A model generated the notes under the pieces. That model was not told where the DNA came from and did no database searches. It saw nothing but the letters and a program-made list of their open reading frames with translations. Shown here one piece after another: positions 48,334 through 61,046 of a stretch of DNA of 64,000 bases. Location: the NCBI GenBank assembly GCA_964234715.1, contig OZ174276.1; one strand, written 5' to 3'. The translations under genes were made by a program, and so were the position numbers. The stretch comes from Podarcis melisellensis (taxonomy: Eukaryota). Positions within the stretch are counted from its first letter, which is position 1. Every line of letters begins with the position of its first letter.

Positions 48334-48525
48334 GCTGACTCAGGTCAGATGGAGCCGATACAGTCCTGTTTATCTTGAACCAGAAGTGAACAAAGAAGTG
48401 TATCATAAACTTCCAGAACAAATATCAGATGAGGAAAAAGCCAAACTGGAACTCAAAAAAGTCAGACCTATAAAAGCCACCGCTTCCAATGTCACCAGCT
48501 CTGTATTCTATGATCCATTGATCAG
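48334..48525 (+). CDS. MRPS7: MRPS7 exon 2
   Basis: ttgtag|G LTQVRWSRYSPVYLEPEVNKE...TSSVFYDPLI AG|gtttga; 192 nt. Confidence 0.94.
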
Positions 48526-49282
48526 GTTTGAATGCTGCCATATTTGACTGAATCTAGTCCTTTTGTCTATGTCTATCACTTAACAAAGTAATCTAATTGA
48601 TTTCATAGAGTAATGTAGTTGGCCAAAGTATATTGGATAGTTGAAATAGCCAGGGAGTACAGCATTGTTATCAAAATGTCCTAAAGTACTGGGGCTTAAT
48701 GGGCAGTGATTTATTATAAAATAGACCAGTCTGGAATACTCCTGCTGGCTGCTGTTGGACACAGGATGCTAGGTCTGAACTGTGTTCTGACTTTGACGGT
48801 TCTTACTTTCTTTGCCAGTTAGGGCTATAGGCTGTTTCTACTGGTTTGCTTTCATCACCAAGTACCACCATGTGGGGAAGAAAGATTTGGCACCTTTACC
48901 AGAGGGCACTGTGGGGAAGCAGAAACATAGATGTGCTGAGTTGAAGAACCACCCATTCCAGATGTCACTATCTGTTTCTGAATTGGGTGCTGCTGCCACC
49001 CATCAGCAGCCACATGCCTGCATGATGCCCTGTTGTGATGTAGAAGTAAGGATATTGTGTAACAGCACTCAGTGGCAGAAGCAGCAAACTGCCACCGATC
49101 TCTTAATCTTCCTCTCTAGGAATGTGCCAGGTGGATCGAAGGCATATAATGAGAAACTGATACTTTCCCCAAAAAACTCCATAAATGTTGGAATGCTTGG
49201 TCAGTGTAATGGTAAAGTTTCATTGCAGGGATCTTATGCTGTGGTGCTGATAACAGGAATGCCATTTGTTTTCTCATTACAG

Positions 49283-49346
49283 CAAATTCACTAGCATGAT
49301 GATGAAGGGAGGAAATAAAATTTTGGCCCGAAACATCATAAATCAG
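49283..49346 (+). CDS. MRPS7: MRPS7 exon 3
   Basis: ttacag|C KFTSMMMKGGNKILARNIINQ|gtaagt; 64 nt. Confidence 0.94.
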
Positions 49347-49894
49347 GTAAGTTAACTTCTCAGGTTTCTGCTACTTTTCTCCCACTCCACCCCCACATTA
49401 ATGTCAATGTTGCAAAGAGTATTCCCATTTTAAAGGCCATATATAGAAAGTCCCTTCCTTAGTCCTTTCATCCTTGTTCTCATTTTCTGCATCTCCACAG
49501 CTCTTGAATCTCCCTCCTGTTAGAGGCCTTGCAAACAGAACGACAAATCTGTCACAGATTATATGTAACTTCTGTCATTCCTTATGGAAAGGGGAAGTGC
49601 TGTAGGTCTGCAGTTATTGAGGAAATATGTTTTTCAGCCTTAAATTCAGACCAGGAACTTTCAGCTTTCTTTAAGGGCCCTTGGGTTAGTTATAACATTT
49701 TTTAAAAATTGCAGAAAATGTCTGCTAGTGGCTCTGAGGCTTGAGAGTGTCTGGGCCAGATTTCCAGTAGTCATGAAGGAATTTTATTTATTTATAAATT
49801 GAACTCTTGACTGAAGGCAAGGGTAACATGCTGGGGTTGTGTCAATATTATTGCTAATGGAGTTTTTCACAAGTGGTTTCCCCCCTCAATTAAG

Positions 49895-50062
49895 ACTTTA
49901 GAAGCAATCAAGAGGAAGCAGCTTGAGAAGTACCATAAAGCGGAAGAGAAGGAAAAAGAAAACATTGAGTGCAATCCATATACTATCTTCCACCAGGCAC
50001 TGAGCAACTGCCAGCCTGTCATTGGGCTGATGACTGTCCAGAAAGGAGGCAAAAACTACCAG
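49895..50062 (+). CDS. MRPS7: MRPS7 exon 4
   Basis: attaag|[56 protein letters not shown]|gtaagc; 168 nt. Confidence 0.94.
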
Positions 50063-50104
50063 GTAAGCAAGAAACTAAAACTATGGTGATATGATGATCT
50101 AGTG

Positions 50105-50238
50105 CAGGCGAGAGGAACCTTCGGCCTCCAGATGTTGTTCAACTACAACTCCTATCATCCCTCATGATAGGCTATGCTTGTTGGGGTTGATGGAAGTTGT
50201 TCAGCAACATCTGGAGGGCAAAAAGGTTCCTCATGCTT
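50105..50238. mobile_element. Palindromic hAT-derived MITE (CCAGATGTT...ACTACAACTCC family)
   Basis: Self-complementary; related copies near 13985, 43186, 45353, 60910 and 63503. Confidence 0.7.
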
Positions 50239-51207
50239 AATCTAAAGCAGCCCTGGATTGTTGGCTTATCTTTTCCCCAAAGTAGAACCATTCCTATCAT
50301 TAAGTATCCATAGCAGTCCACAGTTCCAGGGACTTCAACTTCCACCCATGTAGCCTCAGTTTCGGACTTTGCTCTTTTGCAGTTGGCAGTGAAACAATAT
50401 AAACTTTATTACTTGCGCTGGTTTCATTAATTTTGATAGGAACATTCTATAGCATAATCAGCCCCTTGGTATTTTTCTTTTGAATCGCTTTGAAACTTGT
50501 ATTATGTGATCTCCAGCGACCTGTAATATCCTGCCTATACGTGAACTTGAAACTTCTTGAGAACATCAGATTTTAGTTTGAAAAGCTTAAAAGGTTGCTG
50601 AAAAAATATTGGAAATGGGTTCTGAAAGGTTCAGCAACCAGAGGGTACAAGATAGGGACAGAAACCAATAAGCAGAGTGGAGTGTCCACCACTAGGAGCT
50701 CACTTGCTGTGTTATGAAAGGACTATTGTTAGCTATTTTATTTATTAACGCTAGGAGCAGGGAAGGTGCTTGCAGGATTTTCTGCCTCAAGTGCCACAAT
50801 AACTTGATTGGCCTGGGGTACTATATAATTTGATTTTGTGGGGAGGGAACCTTTTGCTGCACTGCCTCAGGCAGCAAAATGCCTTAGATAGGCCAGCCCC
50901 ACTGAGTGCCTTCAAACCATTTCTTGTTTTGCAACTTTTGCTCACCAACTTGGCAGCCTTGATTTTCCCGCTGAAGTTGTTATCTAAAAATATCCAAAAG
51001 TTTTGCAAGTCAAATAAACATACTCAGGGTACTTAAGTGCTCCTAATTCTGTGCTAAATAAATTCTATTTATTTTAGATTTTATACCACCCTTCATCATA
51101 AGATCTCAGGGCGGCTCGCAGAACAGAATACAGGATAAAAACAGTATAAATTCAGTATAAAGTTATGTTAATCTCTGATGGGGTTTGTTTGTTTTTGCCT
51201 CTTGCAG

Positions 51208-51429
51208 GTCCCAACCCCTTTGTCAGACAACCGCCGACGCTTTTTAGCCATGAAGTGGCTGCTCAGGGAATGCAGGGAAAACAAACACAGGCGGACATTT
51301 ATGCACCAAAAGCTTTCTGAAGAGCTTCTGGCTGCCTTCAGCAATGAAGGACCTATCATAAAGAAAAAGCATGAGTTGCACAAGATAGCAGAGTCTAACC
51401 GAGCCTTTGCTCACTACCGGTGGTGGTAG
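51208..51429 (+). CDS. MRPS7: MRPS7 exon 5 (stop)
   Basis: cttgcag|[19 protein letters not shown]...[13 protein letters not shown]. Confidence 0.95.
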   Translation, partial: VPTPLSDNRRRFLAMKWLLRECRENKHRRTFMHQKLSEELLAAFSNEGPIIKKKHELHKIAESNRAFAHYRWW

Positions 51430-51595
51430 AGAATGGCAGCTGCAGCATGTGAGGTCTGAGACTTTGCTACAAGACAAGGAAGGGAAATATATCCCATATG
51501 CCTTCCTTTGCATAGCACAAGCCTGGAAGGGCGATAATCTGGTTTCTCAACTGGCTCTTTGAAAAAAGAAACAACCTGAAGAAAATCTCAGCCGA

Positions 51596-51601
51596 AATAA
51601 A
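51596..51601 (+). terminator. Putative MRPS7 polyadenylation signal AATAAA
   Basis: First AATAAA, ~165 nt after the stop. Confidence 0.6.
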
Positions 51602-52994
51602 ATGCCTCATTTTTCTGACTTGCATAAATTAAAAATCCTGTTTACTCCATTTTCAGGTGACCTTGTCAGTACTGGGTCCTGTGTATATGCATCTTGGTTT
51701 CTCTAGTCTCTTTTGAGACAGAGGGTTTTGTTCACAATACAGAATGACCTAGTTAGCATCAAAGCAGTCTTCAGGGAGATTGTAAAAGAGGTTACATTTC
51801 TGTACTCCTCAGCAGTGGCTTTTGGCAGCATGATAGGCTGAAGTAGAACCAGGCTGAAAATTAAGTTGTAAAAGATTGAAACTACATCCTGGTCTTCTCC
51901 CTGTATGTCTCGTGAATGGCCTTTCTCTACAGTGCCTTTGTGCCATTGGTTAGTCGACACTGGCATGTGAGAATGAACGAACAACTAGGTTAAAACTGAT
52001 CTCACTTAAAGTGTGCTTAACTTCAATATGTGGTATGAATAGCTTTCCTTTGGCTTGATTCACACATGCCTATTCATCACATGCTTAAAAGTTTTATTTG
52101 CAGTATCTTACCTAAGATGGCCCATAGAATTATGTGAGCCATCATTTGATGTTGCAGTCATCAAATAAGGAACATACATGAGAGAACAGCCCTTAGAGGA
52201 AGCCATTTCCAAAGAACAGCCTCTGTATACATCATAAAGCATCCTTGCAAATAAATTCACAAAAGTTAGCTCCCCCCCTTTTATTTTACTAGCTCCCCTG
52301 ACTCCATAATACATATTCTGACCTAGAAAAAAGAAAGCGAAAGAACCAACTTTGATAAAAACCTCTGCCAGGTCCTAGAGACAATTCTTGTTTGCCATAA
52401 GCAAGTAGACAAGTGATTATTTATAACTCTGCTACTAAACAGCTTTCTGTTTGATGGATGGCAATGTGAGACTATATGCAGAAGTGTAAAATGTTTATTT
52501 TTAAAAGTTCCAAAGAGAACCAGTCTTAACAAATGTACAATACTGTTGTTCAAAGTCGCTGTTGTATAAAAGTTACAAAATCAGTTTCTAGCTACATGTT
52601 CCCAAGGGAATAATTCTGCTGTGGAGTGAGGCTTTCGAACAGTGTTGGCTTCACACCTCCTGCAGGGAGAAGGCACTGCCTTTAGCTGTTAGCTACACCT
52701 GAGCTGGCCAGCAGTTGGGAAGAAAGGAGTAAGAGCATATTGAGGGCTGCAGGTTAGAAAGCAATTGAGCACCCTTCTCCTGCAGCTACGGAAGAAACAA
52801 TATACTCATGAAAGCATCCTGTTAGAAAAGAAAGTGCTGGTCAAGTGTCAGGGTTTGGACCCTGGCATGCTGTTTCAAAATTATTAAGCAGCACACATGG
52901 AGCCAATAACTGGGCACCAATCTTTACAATACTCTTGTGACTAAGCCACACCACAGTCATGAATTTGTCCCCTGACCTCAGGAGAGCATTGTGT

Positions 52995-53345
52995 ACATAA
53001 GAGCCCTGTTGGATCAGATCACAATCCTATCCAGTCCAGAATTCTGTTCCCATGTGCGGCCAATTGGCTGCCTATGCAAAGCCCATAAGCAGGAAATGGA
53101 TCATGATAGCACTCTCCCCTCTTGTATTCCTCTGCAACTGGTATTCAGAGGCCATCATGGCTAGTAACCACTGACAGCTTTACCATGAATGAGTCTAATC
53201 CCTTCTTAAATACATCCAGGTTGGCACATCTTTGGGTAGGGAATTCCATAATTTATGTACTGTGTGAAGGAAGCCTTCATTTTGTCTGTCCTGCCTCTCA
53301 TACCCTTTCGTTTCTTTGGGTGACCCTGGGTTGTAGTATTACGTA
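52995..53345 (-). mobile_element. CR1-like LINE 3' fragment, decayed
   Basis: CATAAGAGCCCTGTTGGATCAG start and GGAATTCCATAATTT..CTGTGTGAAG motifs resemble squamate CR1 3' ends. Confidence 0.55.
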
Positions 53346-54711
53346 GCCTCTTTAAGAATCTAAAACCCTAAGCAAATTTAACAGGGCTGTTATTATGCAG
53401 CCAATAAACAGAGAGAAAGACTGCCCCTCTCCCAATCCTAAATATATTTTCTTGGAATTAAGGCCCCTTGATTTTGATAGCATATACTTCCACGCTAAGT
53501 GAGACGCAATCAACCCAGCAAAGGCCTCCTGGGGTTGTCTTATTTCAGACTGCCGGTTGGGGGTGACATGACTTTATGTTCTTCAAAAAACACCTTGCTT
53601 TTGCAATGCTAGCATGGCAAAGAGAAGGGTTCCAGGCTTGCCCTGCCATGCTACTTTGTGTGTTCAGGGAGGGGTAGTCTAACTGCACCAGGGAGCATTT
53701 TAAAGCAGTCCAGTTCTGAACCACCTATCAATGAAATCGGTGTTATACACCTAGAATTGTCGCTTCCAGGTGTATTATTGTTTTCCTATGACAAAGGAAA
53801 GGGAATAAAGCAGCCGCACTTTTCAAATTGCACCATTGTTTGCGAGAACAATGCATACTGTTTTTAATACTAATCTGTCACAAAAATATTTCCACCCCTG
53901 CATGCATGCTAGAAGTGAAAAATCTGCCTTTAAAAAAACAACAAGGAATAGGACAAAAAAAGAGAAAGTCTCTGTTGTAGGTTGTTAATAGAACTAGTAC
54001 CTGAACGAGCCACTTTTCTTTGATTTCAGAACAGTGGTAAAGTTTCTGATATCTCTCGTGCCTCATAGTGACTGCATGTAAACAGAGAGCAAACGAGGCT
54101 CCTGAAAGCATCCAAAATGGGTTTACAAGGCAGGAAATTGAAATGCCATGCTTGGGCTTTGATTGCAGAATCACCTTCTCAACCAAAGGGCAAACAGAAC
54201 AGCTATGGAACAGAGCATAAAATAACAAACTGCCACATGCTGCAGAGGGAGACAGATTCTTAGGCTTAGTGTGCTTTTGGAGTAAATAATGTTATCACCA
54301 GGCTGGTTTTAAACCATAGCCTTTTTTTGTTTTAAGGCTGAATACATTAAAATTAGCATATACAAGTAAGCTTCTCGTAGAGAACTACCCTGTGTCAAAT
54401 GTCAGTCCAGCTTGCGGCAGTGATTAATACAGGTTCCTATTTAGTGCAACACGATGGGAGCGGCAGTGGCAGAATGCGACCCTTTTCTCCTCTCCCAGCT
54501 CCCCAATTTCAGCCAGCGCAAAAGATCTATCGAGGGAGCAAGTTATACATTCTATATACAAAAAGTGCTAGGGTTCGGGTGGAGGGGAGGGAAGTATTAA
54601 AAATAATTGCAGCTTTGTTGTTGTTATGTGAAGTTTGCTGGTGCAAAGGTTCAGAGTGGAAATTCAAACTCTGGCTTTGGGCAGCATGAGCCAGGGTGAG
54701 CAACTGGCTGC

Positions 54712-54939
54712 TCAGTCTGCGACCTCACTGTAATAGTACTTCTGGGCTGCATCTGTCATTTTCCAGTCGGCAGCCCGGAACTCAATGATCTCAAGCAAGA
54801 GTAGCTGGGAGAGGGAGGTAAGGCCCTCCTGCAGGAGGAAACCGTCTCGCAGGAGGGAAAAAAGCTCATCCATCCTCTGGGTGTTCATCTTCTCAAGTTG
54901 TTCACCAATGCGGTGTAGCTGCAACACCAGACAGTCCAC
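54712..54939 (-). CDS. MIF4GD: MIF4GD last coding exon
   Basis: attaag|VDCLVLQLHRIGEQLEKMN...LLLLEIIEFRAADWKMTDAAQKYYYSEVAD-TGA. Confidence 0.95.
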   Translation of the reverse strand: MDCLVLQLHRIGEQLEKMNTQRMDELFSLLRDGFLLQEGLTSLSQLLLLEIIEFRAADWKMTDAAQKYYYSEVAD

Positions 54940-55286
54940 CTTAATGGAAGGAAATGAAAATGCTTCTGTTAAGAATCGGAGTAGTTGGGTAAAAGGGGTG
55001 GGGTGGGGAGTGTGTGCTGCACAGAAATGTCTCATGCTGACATCTTGGCACTAAATCAGAAGAGAAGGGAAAAAATAAAGTAGGCTGCTAAACCGAACCT
55101 TGGGCTGCTGTTTTTTTTGTGATTTGTTGCATTTTGGTTGTGTTCTTTGGATGTGCTTTTATTTCTTGTCTATGACTCCTTTTGTTATATTTGTAATTAA
55201 CGATTGTTTTCGTGCTGCAAGATGCCTTGAGCATGGTTTTAATTATGGAGAGGCAGCATGCAAATAAAATGATGGCTGGGTGGATG

Positions 55287-55451
55287 CAGTATTTTTTCCC
55301 TAAAAAAAAATATTTAGGGGTACTCTCACTTTGACTCAAGGAAATCACCATTTTATCATTCAAATCGGGGGAAATATATTCAGTAAATGGACAAAAGTAT
55401 AAAGATTCACAAAATGTTTAGGGGGATGCCCCCCCCCCGAAAAAAGCACTG
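55287..55451. mobile_element. hAT MITE
   Basis: CAGTATTTTTT...AAAAAAGCACTG ends; perfect 8-bp TSD GGTGGATG. Confidence 0.85.
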
Positions 55452-55633
55452 GGTGGATGTGTGTATAAACTAGCCTACTATACAAAGGGAAAATTTGCAT
55501 TCATTGCTCCAGGCTGAAAAAAAGATTCCCACCCCTGGCCTAAAAGTTGTCCACCTTCCAATCCTCTTTCCTAGGTGTGTTCTCACAGGACAGCAACCTG
55601 CTTTTGTCCCCACTGTGCCCTGAGAATACTCAC

Positions 55634-55726
55634 CTCTTCCTCTTTCCGCAGGCTTTCTGGCTGCGCCAGTCGGAACAGGCAGTCGTAAACTGGGTTCACC
55701 AGTGCCATCATGGGCATGTTATTGAC
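55634..55726 (-). CDS. MIF4GD: MIF4GD coding exon 4
   Basis: tcacag|VNNMPMMALVNPVYDCLFRLAQPESLRKEEE|gtgagt; 93 nt. Confidence 0.95.
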
Positions 55727-55984
55727 CTGTGAAATAGGCAGGGTGCACTTGTCAACTATCGCTCAGAATCATTACGGAATTGTTAGAGAGCCCCTCCCTG
55801 TGTTCGTGTCTTAAAAATCCCAGGAAGGTAGCTGTGCGTGCTAAGTGTCTTGAAACAAGAACAACCAAGAGCATCTGTGGCACCTTAAGAAAACTGTCAC
55901 AAATGTACAGCCTAGAGCCCTTGTGCATCAGATGCATGATTCCTTGACATCCCATCACATGTCAAGGAAATAAACAACTATCCA

Positions 55985-56157
55985 ACTTTTAGAAGACATC
56001 TGAAGGCAACTCTGTTTAGGGAAGTTTTAAATGTTTGAAGTTTTATTCAGTTTTTCATGTTTTATTCAGTTTTTTATGTTCTGTTGAAGGCCACCCAGAG
56101 TGGCTGGGGAAACCCAGCCAGATGGGCGGGGTAGAAATATTATTATTAAAATTATTA
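55985..56157 (+). mobile_element. L2-like LINE 3' end
   Basis: Reverse-complement of the 61395-61520 tail; (TAT)n end. Confidence 0.7.
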
Positions 56158-56630
56158 CAACAGGAAGGACCAAACTGCAAGGACCCCCATGGCAGGCTGC
56201 TTCTAAAAGCTGTCCTGCTGCTACATCATGCTAGACCATGAACCTTTCGGACTGCAAGAAGAATTTCTGTACAAGTGACAAATGCAAAGAACACCCAGTT
56301 GCACTCATTTGAATTAAGGCCTCCTGCGGCTGCCCCAGTCATTTCAGGTGAGTGCCCCAGATGTGGAATGCTTTTCTCACAGAGGTTGCCAGGCAGCCAC
56401 CTTATCATCCTTTGGGTGCCAGGCAAATGCCTTTTTATTGCCCCCAAGTATTTTAGATGCACGTTTAATTCCGTTCAATGTTTTATGCTGCTTTTTTCAA
56501 CCTTGCTGGATTGAATGGCAGCATTAAAAAAAACACAACCCTAAACACAATCACATTCCCTCATTATGAGAGCAGCGAAAGAACTAGCCCCAGGTCTGGA
56601 TAATACACCAGTTCTGAAGTTTGGTCTTAC

Positions 56631-56786
56631 CCTCAGGTAGTCAAAGATGTTACAGATAAAAGTGACATAGCAGATCCAGGCCTGGAGGGAGCGGGCTCGC
56701 AGTTCATCCCGGTCTTTATACTCCTGCTGAAGTCGGTTGAGGAGCCCCCGCCGAAAGACACTCTGGCCCACCTGCTTGCTCTCCGC
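56631..56786 (-). CDS. MIF4GD: MIF4GD coding exon 3
   Basis: tcgcag|AESKQVGQSVFRRGLLNRLQQEYKDRDELRARSLQAWICYVTFICNIFDYLR|gtaaga; 156 nt. Confidence 0.95.
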
Positions 56787-57225
56787 CTGCGACAAAGGCA
56801 AAGAGGTGAAGCGCCAGAAGGATGCTGTGTGCAATCCCAGCTGTGGCAGCAGGCTGTCTGGGCTTATCTCTCTCTCTCTTTCTCTTCCTCTCTCATGCTT
56901 CAAAACACACCACCGTGCAGAAAAAGTTCTGGCACGATGAAGCAGGAGCCTATAGGTGCAAAAAAGTTCAGAGGGGAGGCAAAACTGAGACAGGTCACTA
57001 ATGGGAGTTTTGCTCACCACGTCTGGTCTGGAGTTGAAGGGATAGATTCACCTTCTTGCCCTCTCACAGCTGGGCTGGGCACCCAAAATATTCAGCAGGG
57101 CAGGCCAAACCAAGCTCCATCTGCAGGAAAGGAAGCATGGCTGGTGGTAGAGCCAAAGTGAACAGCATGCACATCTAGAATGGCTTTTATGCAACCTACA
57201 GGCTCCTTCTGTATATCCCTAACAG

Positions 57226-57227
<2 letters not shown>

Positions 57228-57262
<35 letters not shown>
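57228..57262. repeat. (CA)n microsatellite
   Basis: About 17 units seen directly. Confidence 0.9.
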
Positions 57263-57267
<5 letters not shown>

Positions 57268-58046
57268 ATGTATGTGTGTGTATACACACATGCACAAGTT
57301 TTCCCGCAGCCTCTCCACTATGTTTTCTTGGGAAAGTTCCCCAGCTCTCTGGACTTGTAGAAATTTTTATTTCATGTTGGGTTCTTGCTTTAACAAAAAA
57401 TCAATAATGATGCAGTAATGTCGCTTCCCTCTGATCTCACCCACCTACGTCTCATCCTTGCACCAACCATGCTGGAGATACAAAACAAGAAAAGCAGAAA
57501 AGAGGGCAGGAACATCCAAACAAAAACTGGCTAGGAGATGGTGAGATGCATTTTTTAAATCACTTGCAGCAATGTTGGCCTCCCCATGCAAGACCACTTA
57601 GATCATCTGGAAACTTTACCAATGGCACCACACCCTACAAAGTATCACTGGGGTGATCCCAAAAGGGTGAATTTCTACTGCTGCCCCAACTTTTTTGAAT
57701 ACCTTCCCTCTGCCATATACGAAGCATCATCAATTATTCGCTTCAGATGTCTAGTAAAGATGTATCTTCTCATGCATGCTTTCACTGCTCTGTAAGATTG
57801 GATCCTTATATCTGGATTTCTGTTTTTATTGCATTGTTTTGTTTTGTTTTTTGTTTATTTGTTTCTTATACATGGCTTAGATTTTTTTTAAAAAATATAT
57901 TGTTTAGAAATACTTTTAAATAAAACAGCGTACATGAATAGTATGTTATTTATATGCAAATAAAATTTCCAGAATAGTTGCATATGGTGAACAGCTGTGC
58001 TGTGAAAACTACTAGTTTCCAAAACATGGCATGCTCATTCTCCCAC

Positions 58047-58156
58047 CTGGATGATGGTGTAGCAGATGCGCCCAGCCTCTTTGCTGAACACAGAGTCTTT
58101 GAGGGACTGGTCCACAATTACGTTGGCAACCTTCTCCAGATCTACACTGCTGGGGT
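58047..58156 (-). CDS. MIF4GD: MIF4GD coding exon 2
   Basis: ctgcag|AC PSSVDLEKVANVIVDQSLKDSVFSKEAGRICYTIIQ|gtggga; 110 nt. Confidence 0.95.
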
Positions 58157-59077
58157 CTGCAGAAGAAGTGTAACACTATCAGTGCTGCCTCAAAACAAGC
58201 ATACCTTTGCATCATTCTGTATGTTTAAAATTGTACAATAACCACTGGGTTCCTTCTTTTTTGCTGGATATTTTATTTATGGATCAAAACTGTCTCTGTA
58301 GGAATGGTGGTGTTTGCAAACCTTTCTGCATCACAAATCTTCTGGAAGGAAGAGTGATCTGCTATTCTGTTTTAAAGGCAGGAGAAATCTAAGGCCAAGA
58401 GGTGAGTGACATGCCTGAGCTGTGTCATATCTGCCCCCACAAATTTAATCCACTTTTAAACTGCCTAAACTGCCACTGATCCCAACAAAGCAAACATCAG
58501 GACCCGTAGTTCCATAAAGAGCTTAGTCATTCTAATGAAGTATTTTCAGCATTCTCATTATATTACATTCCTAGGATACTTTGGAAGAAACCGTGACCTC
58601 ACAGGTAGGCAAAAAGGTGTCCTCCAGGTGTTGTTGGAATATGGCTCCCATTCGTCCCACCTTGCATAGCCAAAGGTCAGGGATGGTGGCGGGAAGCAAC
58701 AGAAGCTGGAGAAGGCTGCTCTATAGCACTGCAAGTCAGGAGCCATCTAAGGGCAATGGGCTGTCTCAATAGTAGAATCTTACATATATCAGTCCAGCTT
58801 CTTCTTCTGCTTTCTCTGCTGCAGGCTGAATTGGGACAGCCATGCACATGGCTTATAAGAATATAGCATTTTGTAGCTTACGTTACAAATCTACCTGAAC
58901 TCACCTGTAGTCAAAGATGCAGCAGCAAACATTATCTACCCAAACGTTTAAATCTGTTATCAGTAATATCTGATGCACTATCTGTTTGAAGGCTAGATAT
59001 TAAATGGACATACAGTACAGTACAGAGTTCTAGTGTACAAGAGGGGGAGAAAAACTTTTCTATCCACTTTCTCAATA

Positions 59078-59292
59078 CAGTGGTACCTCGGGTTAAGTAC
59101 TTAATTCGTTCCGGAGGTCCGTTCTTAACCTGAAACTGTTCTTAACCTGAAGCACCACTTTAGCTAATGGGGCCTCCTGCTGCCACCGCGCCGCAGGAGC
59201 ACGATTTCTGTTCTCATCCTCTTAACCTGAGGTAATATTTCTGGGTTAGCGGAGTCTGTAACCTGAGGCGTATGTAACCCGAGGTACCACTG
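59078..59292 (-). mobile_element. GGTTAAG-family MITE inserted in a CR1-like remnant
   Basis: Perfect TIRs, TA TSD; homologous to the 39398 and 40741 copies. Confidence 0.92.
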
Positions 59293-59623
59293 TATAGTGC
59301 ATAATTCTATGATGTCTCCTCTCACTTGTCTTTCCTTGTTTCCCCCCCTTATTCATTTAAAAAGTCCCAGATGCTTCAAACGTGTCTCATAGCGGGAGTC
59401 GCACCATCCCTTTGATCATTTTGGCTCCCCTTTCCAAACCTGTTCTAACCCTGAAGAAGATTTTAAGGAATGGGCAATTCATATCAGAGCACACACAACC
59501 CTTCACAATGTTGATAGGCCCAAACAGCTCCAAATCTAGCAGTGAATTATGCTTGATTCATGGCAATGGGGAGGATGGACAGGGGGGAAACAGGGAGGGG
59601 GGAGAAAAGGGAGAGATACTGAC

Positions 59624-59705
59624 CTTTGAGGGCTGTTTTGAGTAGCTGCTGAATCTCTGCATCAAACGTGTGTATTTTATATTCTTCTTTGCCTGAGTCC
59701 CCCAT
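59624..59705 (-). CDS. MIF4GD: MIF4GD first coding exon
   Basis: gagATGG MGDSGKEEYKIHTFDAEIQQLLKTALK G|gtcagt; likely acceptor ctctccccgcag at 59760. Confidence 0.92.
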
Positions 59706-60909
59706 CTCTTTCCCTCCTTCAGTGGCGACAGATCAGGGGAGCAGCTGACTTAGTGGTAACTGCGGGGAGAGAAGCGATCAGGTACTGATTATCCCGGAAA
59801 GGGAAGGAGACGGTATTAGCCATGGCTTTTCAGATGCTCTCATTCTCCACTGAACAGGAAAATGGAACTGCCAGTTACACTGGAGTTCCTGAAATGAAAC
59901 TACATTCCTCATAACAAAGAAAAAGTTGTTAAAATCTCCTCAGACAAGGATGGTACTTCTGCTTCCCTGCCTCACCCCCCACATTATCTCTGTTCTATCT
60001 ACAAGGGTGTTGGGATTTTTTTTACTATATCACCCACTTAAGATTTAAGGAGGGAACGCCTTTGTTTTTGGCCAAAAAATCCAGGCTTACCTGCCCACCC
60101 TTTTCAGTGCCAAACCAAATTTAACTGCCACATCGCCCCCTGAATACTGAATAGACAACAGGCCAAACACATCATTGCTCACTCATCAGAATTCCGCAGC
60201 TGTGACATGTGTTTTCACTGCAATTGGGGAAAAGTGAGGTGACAAAACAAGGGATGCTTCCAGCGAAAACATATAGCACTCTGGGATCTATGCAAAAGGA
60301 TGTGGGGTGGGAATGCAGAAGAGGAAACAACTGTGCTCCTTTCCCACTGGGTTCCCAGTTAGTTTCTGTCACTCCAAAGGTCTTTGGCTTTACTTCAAGT
60401 GGCTAGTCCTCTGCAACTCTTAGACCCTGGTTATATTTCATATCTCCTCCTTGTTCTCAGTATTCAATCTCATCTGTCACTCACTCCTTCTGATGGGGAT
60501 TGCCCATGCACAAAGCACAACAGGATCAGGGACACTATTTTAGTAGAGAGGAACACATACAGGTTAGTTAGTAGGTGTTAGGGACAAGATTAAGCATGTC
60601 CAAAGGCCTGCTCTTGCAAAACATTCATGACGATATGACAAGTGAGCAGAATTTTTTTAAAGCATTCGTTATGCATATTTTCTATAATTTAATAATAGCT
60701 ATGTACATTTATGGTTATTTGTTTATTCCATATGTCTGCCACATTTTCTTCAAGGAGCTCAAGGCATACATGGTTGTCTCCCTCTTCAATTAATCCCACA
60801 ATAACTCTGGGAGGTAGGTTGGTCTGAGAGGCAGTGACCAGCCCAAAGTTTTGGTGACCAAGTGGAGATTTGATTCCTGGCCCCCCAGGTCCTAGTCTGA
60901 CATTTTACC

Positions 60910-61046
60910 CAGTCTTTCTCAACTTTGGGACCCCAGATGTTGTTTGACTACAACTCCCATCATCCCTGACCACTGGTTCCGCTAGCTAGGGGTGATGGGT
61001 GTTGTAGTCCAACAACATCTGGGAACCAAGAGGTTGAGAAAGGCTG
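60910..61046. mobile_element. Palindromic hAT-derived MITE nested in a CORE-like SINE
   Basis: CAGTCTTTCTCAAC...GTTGAGAAAGGCTG ends; SINE-like sequence continues on both sides. Confidence 0.8.

Larger units (their letters stand above)
46932..51429 (+). other. MRPS7: MRPS7 gene (mitochondrial ribosomal protein uS7m; 5 exons, 240 aa)
   Basis: join(46932-47008,48334-48525,49283-49346,49895-50062,51208-51429) = 723 nt; S7 family C-terminus ...[21 protein letters not shown]. Confidence 0.96.
54712..59705 (-). other. MIF4GD: MIF4GD (SLIP1) gene, coding part (5 coding exons, 222 aa)
   Basis: Five exons total 669 nt; MGDSGKEEYKIHTFDAEIQQLLKTALK...AAQKYYYSEVAD; no CpG island seen up to 64000, so a non-coding first exon probably lies beyond the window. 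Confidence 0.95.

Noticed and set aside
58905-58981. Possible extra MIF4GD exon with a strong CAG|GTGAGT donor and a 13-nt match to coding exon 3
   Set aside because: Weak acceptor, in-frame stop, and the match is too short to exceed chance.
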